A DNA stretch of 64,000 bases, taken from NCBI GenBank assembly GCA_021776655.1, contig JAJFFK010000037.1, forward strand, positions 64,815 to 128,814, read 5' to 3'. Shown in pieces: positions 19,466-29,349 of this stretch (within the stretch, counting starts at the first letter, position 1; each line of letters begins with the position of its first letter). Origin of the DNA: Henriciella sp. (GTDB taxonomy: Bacteria > Pseudomonadota > Alphaproteobacteria > Caulobacterales > Hyphomonadaceae). The notes under the pieces are model-generated. The model saw nothing but the letters and a program-made list of their open reading frames with translations. It was not told the DNA's origin and ran no database searches. Both the position numbers and the translations under genes were made by a program.

Positions 19466-20626
19466 ATGATGGGTAAAATCACAAGACGCGCTTTGATTGG
19501 CGGCGGTATTGTTGCGGGTGCAGGGGCCGCGTATGGCTATCACTGGCTGCGGAAACGCCCGGACGCTGCACCGCTTGGCTTCGAGCTGGATGAGGATGAG
19601 CGTGCCGAGGCTATCGCGCTTTTAGACAAGTATCCGGCGTTTGATACGCACGCCCATCCCGGGCGGACCTTTGCGCGAGGCGCGAGCGGGATCCCGCCGC
19701 TACTTAACATTTACAAGGCGCAGTCTGGATTTGAAGCTCGCACGATCAGCGACATGACCGAAGGCCATCTTGCGGGTGCCTGTTTTGCGGCCGTCGCCGA
19801 CATCAATGTCATGGGCCTGTCCAAGACGACTGGCCTTTATACCAGACGTCCATTTGAAGAGGGTGAAGCTTGGGCGAGTTATGAGCTTCAAATCGCCAAC
19901 CTCAAGAAGCTCGCGGCGCGGGATATGGTGATGGAGGTTCTTGTGCCAGATGAGATCATCACCGCGCGCGCGTCTGGATTGCCTGCAGCGCTTTGGTGCG
20001 TTGAGGGCGGGGATTTCCTTGGCGGATCAGTTGAGCGACTGCGCGAGAGTTATGCGGATGGCATTCGGTCGATCACGCTGGTTCACTATCGCACGAATGA
20101 GATTGGCGACACCATGACAGGTGAACCGCATCATAATGGGTTGACCGGCGAAGGCGAGGCGATTGTGACCGAGATGAACCGGCTTGGCATGGTGATTGAC
20201 CTAGCGCATATATCGGAAGCAGGGGCGTTTCGGGCTTTGGAGGTGAGCACGCGTCCAGTGATGTTTTCGCATACTCATCTTAGCGATGGAGACGCCTCTC
20301 ATCCGCGTTTTATCTCGCTTGAATTGGCCAAAGCGGCGACCGAAGCGGGCGGGATTATCGGGGCATGGCCAGCTGGGATCGGGATGACGGATTTGACGGG
20401 ATATGCCGATCGGATTTTCCAACTGGTCGATCTGCTCGGTATCGAACACGTATGTCTCGGTACCGATATGGACGGCAATTACAAACCGGTGTTTGACGAT
20501 TATCGACGCTTGCCTGATCTGGTCGGTCTTTTGATGCGTAAGGGTATGAGCGAGAGCGAACTTGCAGCGTTCCTTGGTGGTAACTTCACTCGCGTCTGGG
20601 CTGAAAGCGCAGCAGGACGGGCATAG
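19466..20626 (+). CDS. Membrane (renal-type, M19) dipeptidase with twin-arginine signal/anchor
   Basis: 'TRRALI' followed by a hydrophobic stretch; 'DTHAH', 'VEG', 'TLVH', 'DLAH', 'SHT', 'LGTDMDG'. Confidence 0.87.
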   Translation: MMGKITRRALIGGGIVAGAGAAYGYHWLRKRPDAAPLGFELDEDERAEAIALLDKYPAFDTHAHPGRTFARGASGIPPLLNIYKAQSGFEARTISDMTEGHLAGACFAAVADINVMGLSKTTGLYTRRPFEEGEAWASYELQIANLKKLAARDMVMEVLVPDEIITARASGLPAALWCVEGGDFLGGSVERLRESYADGIRSITLVHYRTNEIGDTMTGEPHHNGLTGEGEAIVTEMNRLGMVIDLAHISEAGAFRALEVSTRPVMFSHTHLSDGDASHPRFISLELAKAATEAGGIIGAWPAGIGMTDLTGYADRIFQLVDLLGIEHVCLGTDMDGNYKPVFDDYRRLPDLVGLLMRKGMSESELAAFLGGNFTRVWAESAAGRA

Positions 20627-20630
20627 GTTG

Positions 20631-22559
20631 ATGTGGCGAGCAGGCGCGATAGTTCCGACGGTGAGTGTGCTTTGTCTCATGTTGAGCGCTTGCGTAGGTG
20701 AAAGATCCACGCGTGCGCTGCCTGCTACCGCAGATCGCGATGCGGCTGTGTCAGAGGCGAAAATTGTCAGCAACCCTGACCGAAATGCCTATTTCGGCGA
20801 CTTGCATCTGCATACGAAATACTCTGTCGATGCCTATATGTTTGGTGCGCGGGTTTCACCGAGTGATGCTTATCGTTTTGCGCGCGGCGAGGCGCTGCTG
20901 CATCCTGGCGGGTATGAGATCAAACTGGCGGGACCGCAGCTAGATTTTCTCGCGGTGACCGATCATTCCGAATATCTCGGGATCATGCCAGCGATGAATG
21001 ATCCAGACAGTTATCTGTCGCAGCATCCGATTGCGCAGCGGATGTTCTCGACCATTGATCGGGCCGAGATATTCGCCGCTTATGGTGCGATCAGCCGCTC
21101 TCTGGTCAGCGGCGTGCCGATTGATGAGATCAATGATCAGGAGATTATCAGCGCGGTTTGGGCAGACACAATCGCAGCGGCGGACACCTTTTATCAACCT
21201 GGAATTCTAACCACGTTTGCGGGATTTGAATATTCGCTCGGCATGGATTTGGACGGCGATTTGATGACACCGGATATCGCGACGCTGCACCGCAATGTGA
21301 TTTTTCGAGGGGCCGCACCTGCGCGCGCCTATTCAGCTTTGGATTCCACTGACCCAGAAGACCTGTGGGACTGGATGGATGATCTACGGGGCGGCGGCAT
21401 TGAGTCACTTGCCATCCCGCACAATTCAAACATTTCCAGCGGATTGGCCTTTCAGGTGGAGCGCTTTTCGGGTGCCCCGGTTGATCCTGACTATATGCGT
21501 CAGAGAATGCGTAACGAGCCACTGGTTGAAATTACGCAAGTCAAAGGTACATCCGAAACGCATCCAATGTTGTCACCAAATGACGAATGGGCGGATTTCG
21601 AGCTGTATGAGGTCTTGATTCCGTCACAGGTGGTTGGCGAAATTGGCGGCAGCTATATTCGGGAGGCTTTGCGCAATGGCCTCGCGATGACCGAAGGGCA
21701 GGGCGTCAATCCGTTTCAATTCGGCTTTATCGGGAGTAGTGACAGCCATGTTGGGGGAGGCTCGTTTGACGAGAAGGGCTATTGGAGCAAGCTGGGGCGC
21801 AATGATGCCACGGCCCAACAACGTGGCTCGGTACCGCCGGGTAATGCGCAATCCTGGCAGGGCGTTGAACTTGATCCACGGGCACAAAAGTGGTTTTCGC
21901 GTTGGTCGGCCGCTGGTCTGACCGGGGTTTGGGCTGAGAGCAATACACGCGAGGCGATCTATGATGCGCTGCGCCGCAAGGAGACATTCGCAACGTCTGG
22001 TCCGCGTATGCGCGTTCGGTTTTTTGCCGGCTACGACTATGCTGAGAGCTTGCTGGATCGACCCGACATGGTTGCTGCAGCCTATGCAGGCGGTGTTTCG
22101 ATGGGAGGTGATTTGTTGAGCGGGACGGTCTCGCCGGGTTTTCTGATCTGGGCGACGAGTGACCCGCGTGGTGCGCCATTGCAGCGCTTGCAAATAATCA
22201 AAGGCTGGACGGTGGCAGGAGAGACATTTGAGGCGATTTACGATGTCGCCTGCTCAGATGGGCTAAAGCCAGATGCGACGTCACACAGGTGCCCGAATAA
22301 CCAGGCAGAGGTTGATCTGTCCGATTGCTCAACCTCTGCAGATGTTGGCGCGAGTGAGTTAAAAACACTCTGGCACGACCCTCATTATGATGCCGAGCAG
22401 CGGGCTTTCTATTACGTTCGCGTGCTTGAAAATCCAACTTGCCGATGGTCCACCTGGGATGCGGTCAAGGCCGGGACGCCGCCAAATCCTGACCTGCCAG
22501 CAACCCTGCAAGAGCGCGCCTGGTCATCGCCGATCTGGTTGATCCCTCAAGCGAAGTGA
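20631..22559 (+). CDS. DUF3604 family lipoprotein (PHP-like metallohydrolase)
   Basis: Lipobox LSAC; 'FGDLHLHT', 'AVTDHSE', 'LHRNVIF', 'IPHNSN', 'KGTSETHP', 'QERAWSSPIW'. Confidence 0.88.
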   Translation: MWRAGAIVPTVSVLCLMLSACVGERSTRALPATADRDAAVSEAKIVSNPDRNAYFGDLHLHTKYSVDAYMFGARVSPSDAYRFARGEALLHPGGYEIKLAGPQLDFLAVTDHSEYLGIMPAMNDPDSYLSQHPIAQRMFSTIDRAEIFAAYGAISRSLVSGVPIDEINDQEIISAVWADTIAAADTFYQPGILTTFAGFEYSLGMDLDGDLMTPDIATLHRNVIFRGAAPARAYSALDSTDPEDLWDWMDDLRGGGIESLAIPHNSNISSGLAFQVERFSGAPVDPDYMRQRMRNEPLVEITQVKGTSETHPMLSPNDEWADFELYEVLIPSQVVGEIGGSYIREALRNGLAMTEGQGVNPFQFGFIGSSDSHVGGGSFDEKGYWSKLGRNDATAQQRGSVPPGNAQSWQGVELDPRAQKWFSRWSAAGLTGVWAESNTREAIYDALRRKETFATSGPRMRVRFFAGYDYAESLLDRPDMVAAAYAGGVSMGGDLLSGTVSPGFLIWATSDPRGAPLQRLQIIKGWTVAGETFEAIYDVACSDGLKPDATSHRCPNNQAEVDLSDCSTSADVGASELKTLWHDPHYDAEQRAFYYVRVLENPTCRWSTWDAVKAGTPPNPDLPATLQERAWSSPIWLIPQAK

Positions 22560-22747
22560 GAACGCCAAAACTACAAGCCATTTGGGTTCAGACCTTAGAT
22601 GCTCGTTCAGGGTGACCGCAGCCGGAAAGGGATTGTTTACACGGACGGGACCTCTGATAGGGTCGCCTGCAGTGAGCGTTGCCCAACCCTCAAGTGCGGA
22701 TGCCGACTGGTATGACGTCAAAGACTTTAAAACCGAGCCCGGCAAAA

Positions 22748-23446
22748 ATGCCTGTCATCTATGCAATTGGCGATGTGCATGGCGAGGCCGAAAGGCTGCG
22801 CCATTTGCATGATCTAATCTTCGAACGCCATGCGTTGCTCTTTGAAGGTCATCCTTTCCAACTTGTCCATCTTGGCGATTATGTCGACCGGGGGAGCGAT
22901 AGTGCAGGGGTCGTCGACACCATGATCGCGCTTCAGGCCAGACCGGATATCGATTGCATATGTTTGCGCGGTAACCATGAAGAGATGATGCTCAACGGGG
23001 TGATGAATGTAACCCCTACGGCCTATGAAGCCTGGCTGGTGAATGGCGGCGAGCAAACCATGTCGAGCTATCAGGTGAAGGGTCAGATGGAGGTATCAAA
23101 GCGGCATGTGGATTGGCTTAATAAGCTGCCGAATATTTTCGTGGAGGAGAGCAGGAAGCTGATCTTCGTGCATGCCGGAATAGATCCCGAAGACTACCCA
23201 AATGACCGGGACGGAGTGTATTTATGGACCAGAACGCAGCATTTCTTCGATGTGTCGAGCTGGAAGAACCCCGCCTTGGCAGGTTGGACGGTCGTGCATG
23301 GTCATACGCCGACGGATGATTTCTATCCCGAAGATCAGGCGGCCGCCTCGCGCCGCATCAACATTGATACGGGCGCCGTGTTTGGGGGGCGACTTACCGC
23401 CGCAATCTTTGCTGTGAATGAGCCGGTTCGGTATATTTACGCCTGA
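22748..23446 (+). CDS. PPP-family Ser/Thr protein phosphatase (metallophosphoesterase)
   Basis: GDVHG, GDYVDRG, RGNHE, VHAG, GHTP, IDTG. Alternative start at 22712. Confidence 0.92.
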   Translation: MPVIYAIGDVHGEAERLRHLHDLIFERHALLFEGHPFQLVHLGDYVDRGSDSAGVVDTMIALQARPDIDCICLRGNHEEMMLNGVMNVTPTAYEAWLVNGGEQTMSSYQVKGQMEVSKRHVDWLNKLPNIFVEESRKLIFVHAGIDPEDYPNDRDGVYLWTRTQHFFDVSSWKNPALAGWTVVHGHTPTDDFYPEDQAAASRRINIDTGAVFGGRLTAAIFAVNEPVRYIYA

Positions 23447-25837
23447 CTATTCAGGGCAATCGGCCGCCTGCCTATGTTCAAGGATTTCAGGTTTCCAGAC
23501 ATCGCGTTCAATCTCGGTCAGGCTCTCCTTGGTCTCCAATTGGTCAAGTACGCTCAGCGCTTCCCGCCAGGTTGAGCAGGCGGTCTCCGTCATATCTATC
23601 GTTTGATATACGACCCCAGCTGTCTTCAGTGCCCCGGCCAAATCGCGGCGATGGCCCAATGTGTCCTGGAAGTCTGTAATCACAGCCCGGCGTATATCAA
23701 GCGCACCTGTGATCGTACTCTGCGCCTGCGATGGCTCACCAAAGCTAGCCTGCACGCGCGCCAACATTTCCAATTGTGTGGCGACATAGCCGCGACCAGA
23801 GGCATCCATCGGGTCGCCATCGCGCAATGTCTCAGCTAACTCAACAGCGCCTCTGGCCGCTAGAAGAGCGTCTTCGCCTCTTTCCAATTTGAGGTAAGAC
23901 ATGACCAATGGCCCGAGCGCCGTCATCTTTTGCAGGTTGTAATAATAGCTGCTTCGGTCTTCCTCGAGAATGGTATCGTAAGCCGACACTGCATAGACAA
24001 GCGGGGGAATGGCCTCTTCCCAGCGTTGGCGGTCCGCCAGAGCTTCACCCTCTAGCCGGGCAAAATAACCAAGACGGGAATTGCGCCGGCGGGGCTCTTC
24101 TTCGAAGTTGCTTGCCGCAAGCTCTTCTCGGTACCGCCGCGCTTCAGAAATGGCGGTGTCGTAGTCATTCTCGTACATCAGGATTTTGACCCGGTCTGTA
24201 CGTGAATTCCATAGCCGGAAGTATAGCCGCGTCTCTTGCGAGCCGGGAAAGGTCAGGCCTCGCTCAGCCAGCGCGAGGCCCTCCGCATTGGTTTTCTGTG
24301 CAGCTGCCATATCGAGCTGGTATGTCATTTCCTGGTTGGATTTCAGCCGTTTGACCCAGACCATTTCGTCAATTGCATTGACATCGTCTGGTGACTGTTC
24401 AAGCAATCGAGATAGCGCCTGTTCGGCCCTCAGCAAGAGCACGTACGAAGTTTCCGTATCGCCGAGATTGGCGACGCCCAAGCCACCATAGAGGTCCGAT
24501 AAGCGGGTGTTTTGGATCGCAACATCGAGAAGAACATTGTCGGGCGCATTCGGGTCTGAGGCGAGACCGTCAATGTACGTCTTCACAATCCCGGCCAGAT
24601 TTTCTCGCACTTCCAGGGTTCCGGGAATATGCTCTATCGCGTCATAGACATCGGTTATCATTGCCTTGCTCAGCCCGCGCGCTTGTTCGAACCGTTCATT
24701 GGCATGAAACAGGGCAGCTTCAGCTCGATTGTACTGATACTGCGTAATCACAAGCGCGATGGTGAGGCCGAGCACAGAGACAGCGCCCAGCGTCATCAAT
24801 AATCGGTTGCGTTGGAAGAATTTTGAAAACCGATACCCGGCCCCGCCATTTCGCGCGTCTACTGGTTTCTTGGTGCGGTAATTTTTCAAATCATCAATCA
24901 GGGCATCTACAGAGGCATAGCGGCTCGCAATATCATGTGCTGACGCTTTTGCGATGATCGCCGCGATGTCAGCACTTGCCGGGAGATCTTGGACTAGATC
25001 TTCGAGGAGTTTTCCAAGCGAATAGAGGTCGGAAAGTGTGTTGGCGAGTGCCCCTTTGGCACGTTCTGGAGCCGCATATCCTGGTGTGAAACTGAGCGAT
25101 GCCAAAGACTTGCCAGGGGCGTCTTGTGTGTCATCTTGCAGGTCTACATTTGATTGCGGCTTGGCAATACCAAAATCGATCAATTTGATCTGACCTGCCT
25201 TGGTGACGAGGATATTGGAAGGGGTGATGTCGCGATGTACAATCAGATTTTGATGCGCATATTGTACGGCGGCGCAGACATCCTGAAACAGCCATAACCG
25301 ATCGTCCAGGCCGAGATTAGCCGTGTCACACCATTGCGTAATGGGGTCACCATCAACAAATTCCATAGCGATATATGGCGAACGGTCTTCGAGGGCGCCG
25401 CCATCGAAAAGGCTCGCAATGTTGGGATGCGAGAGTTTGGCCAATATCTGGCGCTCCATCTCAAAGCGCGCAATCAAGCTGTCACTGAGGACGCCGGGCC
25501 GGATGATCTTGATTGCGACGGTCTGCTCAAAATCGCCAGTATCGCGTTCACCTTTATAAACAGCGCCCATTCCGCCACGAGCAATCAATTCAGTGATCCT
25601 GTATGGCCCGGCGTGATCAGGTGCAGGTGTCTGTCCAACATCGCGACTTGCCCCGCCTGTACGCAGGGTCGCGCCTGCCGAACTATCCATTTCCAGCAAG
25701 GATATGACCCGCTGGATAAGCGCCTCATCCTGTCCGGCTTGAGCGCGGATCCACGCAACCCGCTCCGGGCTTGGTTGCTCAAGAGCTGTTTCAAGAAGCG
25801 CCAAAGCCTGTTGTTCAAGTGATCCCGTCGCCGACAT
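23447..25837 (-). CDS. Membrane Hanks-type Ser/Thr kinase with C-terminal TPR-like region
   Basis: 'ARGGMGAVY', VAIK, HRDITPSN, DFG, APE, one TM, then helical repeats. Overlaps the ECF gene end. Confidence 0.93.
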   Translation of the reverse strand: MSATGSLEQQALALLETALEQPSPERVAWIRAQAGQDEALIQRVISLLEMDSSAGATLRTGGASRDVGQTPAPDHAGPYRITELIARGGMGAVYKGERDTGDFEQTVAIKIIRPGVLSDSLIARFEMERQILAKLSHPNIASLFDGGALEDRSPYIAMEFVDGDPITQWCDTANLGLDDRLWLFQDVCAAVQYAHQNLIVHRDITPSNILVTKAGQIKLIDFGIAKPQSNVDLQDDTQDAPGKSLASLSFTPGYAAPERAKGALANTLSDLYSLGKLLEDLVQDLPASADIAAIIAKASAHDIASRYASVDALIDDLKNYRTKKPVDARNGGAGYRFSKFFQRNRLLMTLGAVSVLGLTIALVITQYQYNRAEAALFHANERFEQARGLSKAMITDVYDAIEHIPGTLEVRENLAGIVKTYIDGLASDPNAPDNVLLDVAIQNTRLSDLYGGLGVANLGDTETSYVLLLRAEQALSRLLEQSPDDVNAIDEMVWVKRLKSNQEMTYQLDMAAAQKTNAEGLALAERGLTFPGSQETRLYFRLWNSRTDRVKILMYENDYDTAISEARRYREELAASNFEEEPRRRNSRLGYFARLEGEALADRQRWEEAIPPLVYAVSAYDTILEEDRSSYYYNLQKMTALGPLVMSYLKLERGEDALLAARGAVELAETLRDGDPMDASGRGYVATQLEMLARVQASFGEPSQAQSTITGALDIRRAVITDFQDTLGHRRDLAGALKTAGVVYQTIDMTETACSTWREALSVLDQLETKESLTEIERDVWKPEILEHRQAADCPE

Positions 25838-26396
25838 TCTGCCCCTCCATCATCGCGTCGAGCAACCAAGCCCGCGCCACTCGCCATTGTCGTTTGACCG
25901 TTGATTGTGATGCGCCAACAACTTCGGCAATCTCCTGCAGACTCATGCCGCCAAAATAGCGCAGCTCAACAATGTCGGCCTTTTCGGCATCGAGTACGGA
26001 CAGGCGAATGAGGGATTTTTCGAGGACATCCATATCCAACCGTTGGGCCGCACCTTCAATCCGCGTCACCAAAGTGACCTTGTGGTGGGCCCGCTTGTCT
26101 GATTTCTTCTTGCGGGCATGATCGATCAAGACTCGGCGCATCGCTCTTGCCGACAGCGCGAGGAAGTGGCTTTTATCCGCCCATTCAATTTGATCGAGCT
26201 TGATCAGGCGCAGGGCAGCTTCGTTGACAAGGTCGCCGGTCGAAAGAGAATTATTGCTCTCTGCACGCAGTAAAGCGGCGGAGACTTGTCGCAATTCAGA
26301 GTACAGCAGTTTGAACAATGCGTCGCGTGCATCGGTATCACCTGCGCGCCACGCCTGTAAAAGCTGTTTTGAATTGACCAGATTGGAATTGTTCAT
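25815..26396 (-). CDS. ECF sigma factor, kinase-associated (TIGR02999/ECF43-like)
   Basis: 'LLQAWRAGD..ARDALF..LYSELR', 'STGDLVNEA.LRL', 'AMRRVLIDHAR', 'VELRYFGG', 'TVKRQWRVARAWL'. Confidence 0.93.
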   Translation of the reverse strand: MNNSNLVNSKQLLQAWRAGDTDARDALFKLLYSELRQVSAALLRAESNNSLSTGDLVNEAALRLIKLDQIEWADKSHFLALSARAMRRVLIDHARKKKSDKRAHHKVTLVTRIEGAAQRLDMDVLEKSLIRLSVLDAEKADIVELRYFGGMSLQEIAEVVGASQSTVKRQWRVARAWLLDAMMEGQNVGDGIT

Positions 26397-26481
26397 ACGC
26401 CGTCCCTGCTGGCGAAGACTAGGCGCAAAGATAGTCAAAACACAAGCGGCAGCAGATTTATCACAAAACTGAGCATCGATG

Positions 26482-26510
26482 TGACCCGTTTTCGGGATGT
26501 GCTGCGCCTA
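26482..26510 (+). promoter_or_regulatory. Candidate ECF promoter, copy 1
   Basis: TGACCCGTT-N11-CTGCGCCTA upstream of the 26599 gene; both boxes identical in copy 2. Confidence 0.7.
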
Positions 26511-26598
26511 GTCTGATGAGGGCAGTTTTTCGAAATGCGCTCACAACGAATGCCGTCTGGCCAGTTTCGCAGGCCATATCAGTTGAAAGGTAATCCCG

Positions 26599-27042
26599 AT
26601 GAGAAAAGCCCTTACACTGTTCCCGCTGCTAATATTGCCTGTTTTGATCTACAATTTGATGGCGATATTTGCAGGTGCGGGGTTCGACCCGGCCATCCCG
26701 CCAATCGTCGCTAGCCTGGACTCTGCGCTCATTCGTATGCCTATGCTGTCGGGCGTTCAGTGGCATCTCAGTGTCGGCGATAGCCTATTGTTGCTAGGTT
26801 TAGTCATGCTGTTCATGGAGATTGTCAAAGCGACGAGCACCCGCTCAACCGCGATTATGAACCATGCGGCGTCCATGTTCGTCCTGCTCTTTTGCCTGAT
26901 TGAATTCCTGCTGATGAAGAATTTTGCCACGTCCGCTTTCTTCCTTTTGTCAATGATGTGCTTCCTCGACGTCCTTGCCGGCGTGATGGTGACGATTGTG
27001 TCGGCCCGCCGCGACTTTGGTGTCGGAAACGGTCTTCTTTGA
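26599..27042 (+). CDS. Small 4-TM membrane protein of unknown function
   Basis: Four hydrophobic segments, C-terminal 'ARRDFG', SD-like AAAGG. Confidence 0.85.
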   Translation: MRKALTLFPLLILPVLIYNLMAIFAGAGFDPAIPPIVASLDSALIRMPMLSGVQWHLSVGDSLLLLGLVMLFMEIVKATSTRSTAIMNHAASMFVLLFCLIEFLLMKNFATSAFFLLSMMCFLDVLAGVMVTIVSARRDFGVGNGLL

Positions 27043-27059
27043 TCAGATTGCAATCTGTT

Positions 27060-27088
27060 TGACCCGTTCGCCGGAAATCCTGCGCCTA
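27060..27088 (+). promoter_or_regulatory. Candidate ECF promoter, copy 2
   Basis: TGACCCGTT-N11-CTGCGCCTA, ending 33 bp before the 27122 start. Confidence 0.7.
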
Positions 27089-27121
27089 CTTCAATAGACC
27101 CACTCAACCGAGGACTTTGCA

Positions 27122-27673
27122 ATGTCAGATGCCCTAAACCAGATACCCCCGGAAGCTTGGCCGCTGATTGACCTGTTATTCAACCTGACAATGGCTTCAA
27201 TCGGGATATGGCTCGCAATCACTGTTTTTGTCTGGTGGCGGCGCAGCGCCTCAAACCTGACCCCTGTGAATGCGGCCAGCAAAAATCGCAAAGCAGAACC
27301 CGACTTTCTCAGCGTCGATCACAAGGCCCGCGCCGAAGCGTTGGAGCGCGGGGAAACCTTTGACAAGGAGATCGCCCGGCGGGAGCGGGAAGCTGAAAAG
27401 ACCAAAGCCCGAGAAGGCCGCTCACCCGCAAGCGTAGGCCAACGCATGGCGCGGTTCCTGAGCTTCTTCATGTCCCTGTTCACGCTCGCCACCATGATTT
27501 TCGGTGCGATTTTTCAGGTCACTCGCATGGGCACGATGATGAAGGAGTACTCAACCCTAGAACGCATCGGCGCGGTGATTATGAACCACCCAATTTCTTT
27601 CAGCGTCGCAGCTCTAGTGATTGGCTTCCAAGTTTATCGATTTTTTATTGACCACAAATGGCAGGAGGGCTGA
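27122..27673 (+). CDS. 3-TM membrane protein with a charged helical loop, unknown function
   Basis: SD GAGGA; TM, E/R/K-rich helix, TM, TM. Confidence 0.82.
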   Translation: MSDALNQIPPEAWPLIDLLFNLTMASIGIWLAITVFVWWRRSASNLTPVNAASKNRKAEPDFLSVDHKARAEALERGETFDKEIARREREAEKTKAREGRSPASVGQRMARFLSFFMSLFTLATMIFGAIFQVTRMGTMMKEYSTLERIGAVIMNHPISFSVAALVIGFQVYRFFIDHKWQEG

Positions 27674-27676
27674 TCC

Positions 27677-29347
27677 ATGGCCTCGCAACCTCTCGTACTT
27701 ACAGACCCAAATCTACTCGCGGAGTTCGTTCGCGAAAGTGAATTCAAGGCCTTTTTTGAAAAGCGGTTTGCAACCCCGCCAGATCTCGCAGCTTTGCTTT
27801 TTCGCAATGGTGAATTGATCGATACATTCAAAGGCGCGCATTTCTCGGTCGGTGGCTTAGCCACGGCGATAAAAAGCGTCGTTGGAGGATCAACCCATAT
27901 CGCGCTGATGCTGGCGGACCTGAAACCATTTCAAGTTGAAATCCCTGTTTCAGCCCTATCCAAAGACAGTATTGAAATTACCGGGGTGGCAACCATGGAA
28001 TTGCAGCTCAACCCGGACAAACCATCAAACATTCTCGGCCTAATGGGCGGTGTTTCAAGGCATGAGGCAGACGGCAAATCAGCTCGTCAACCTGACCTTG
28101 GTCGCAAGGCGCTGTCACGCATTGATGTTATCAACCGTATTGCGCCGCATTTCGCAGACCGGGTCATGGAAGCTGTGATCCGCAAAATGGATGCAAAAGA
28201 CATCCGTGGTGAGACCGGCCTACAGGACAAGATCCAAGCTGACATGATGAAGGAGGCGGAACGCGTCTGTGGCGATCTTGGAGTTTTGGTGCGATCCACT
28301 TCAGTCAAATGGGCGATGAATGCAGTCGAGCACGAGGCGTTTGAACGCGCCCAAATTGCCCGCCAACAGGACGCGCTCGACTATCAATTGGAACTCTTGA
28401 AGCGCCAGGTTGAACGCCAGTCCGAGGCGACCGAAGTGAAGATCACGTCGAGTGTAGATCTCGCCAAACTCGAGACGGCAAGCGAAGATGAGCTGGCGCA
28501 TATGGTGCTCGAAAGCGAAGTCAACTTCATTGATGCCCGCGAAGCCGCCACCCGGCGGCAAGAGATGCAGGCACTGGCCCATGAAATCGAAGTGTTGCGA
28601 ACAGAACGTGCCACCAAGATGGAAAACCAACTTGCTGAGGCGTCGCATCTCTCTGATTTGACCAAGGAAGCGGGGCGTCTGCGGACGTTCGAACGGGATA
28701 TCGAGCGGCTTGATTCACTGCATCTGGCCGAGATGAAAAAAGTCGATGCTATAACTGATATCGAACTGCGCGAGCGATCAGAGCGTATGGAGCTGGAAAT
28801 TGCTCGGATCGCTGCGGCACAGTCTGCCAGCAATCTCAAAAGCCTGATGGAGATGGAGCAGGGGCAGAAAGACAGCGATGCCGACCGCGACATCAAGAAA
28901 GCAAGCGCCGGCACTGCCAACAAGGTCGCAGAATCGAAGGCAGATGCCGAAAGCCGCGTCGCTCAGCTGCAAGCTGGTGCCAAAATGACGCCAGAGCAGA
29001 TATTGGCGATTAATGCCGGGCTCTCACCCGATGTTGCTGATGTGCTGAAAGAGCAGGCGCGCTCATCTGGTGCTGCCGGTGAAGGTGCGATGGACTCAAT
29101 GCGTGAGCTTATCAAAGGCGCGGCTGAAGAACGCGAAGCCAGTCGGGCACATGAGCTTAACATCCTTAAAGCCGGAATGGCCGGTGCGTCAGGTGTTGCG
29201 CATGGGGCAGGAGGCAAGACCGGCGATAAGGATTTGTCGGGCAATCTCGACGAGACGCCAACCAAGGTCGAATGTCCCGAATGCGGCCGTGTTTTGAAAG
29301 CCAAAGCCAATTTCTGTACCGGTTGCGGCCACAAGATGCGGACCTGA
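27677..29347 (+). CDS. SPFH/Band-7-like domain + long coiled coil + C-terminal double zinc ribbon
   Basis: N-terminal 'AALLFRNGELIDTF...LSKDSIEITG' resembles SPFH; A/E/R/Q-rich heptads; CPECG-x9-CTGCG. SD GGAGG. Confidence 0.75.
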   Translation: MASQPLVLTDPNLLAEFVRESEFKAFFEKRFATPPDLAALLFRNGELIDTFKGAHFSVGGLATAIKSVVGGSTHIALMLADLKPFQVEIPVSALSKDSIEITGVATMELQLNPDKPSNILGLMGGVSRHEADGKSARQPDLGRKALSRIDVINRIAPHFADRVMEAVIRKMDAKDIRGETGLQDKIQADMMKEAERVCGDLGVLVRSTSVKWAMNAVEHEAFERAQIARQQDALDYQLELLKRQVERQSEATEVKITSSVDLAKLETASEDELAHMVLESEVNFIDAREAATRRQEMQALAHEIEVLRTERATKMENQLAEASHLSDLTKEAGRLRTFERDIERLDSLHLAEMKKVDAITDIELRERSERMELEIARIAAAQSASNLKSLMEMEQGQKDSDADRDIKKASAGTANKVAESKADAESRVAQLQAGAKMTPEQILAINAGLSPDVADVLKEQARSSGAAGEGAMDSMRELIKGAAEEREASRAHELNILKAGMAGASGVAHGAGGKTGDKDLSGNLDETPTKVECPECGRVLKAKANFCTGCGHKMRT

Positions 29348-29349
29348 TT

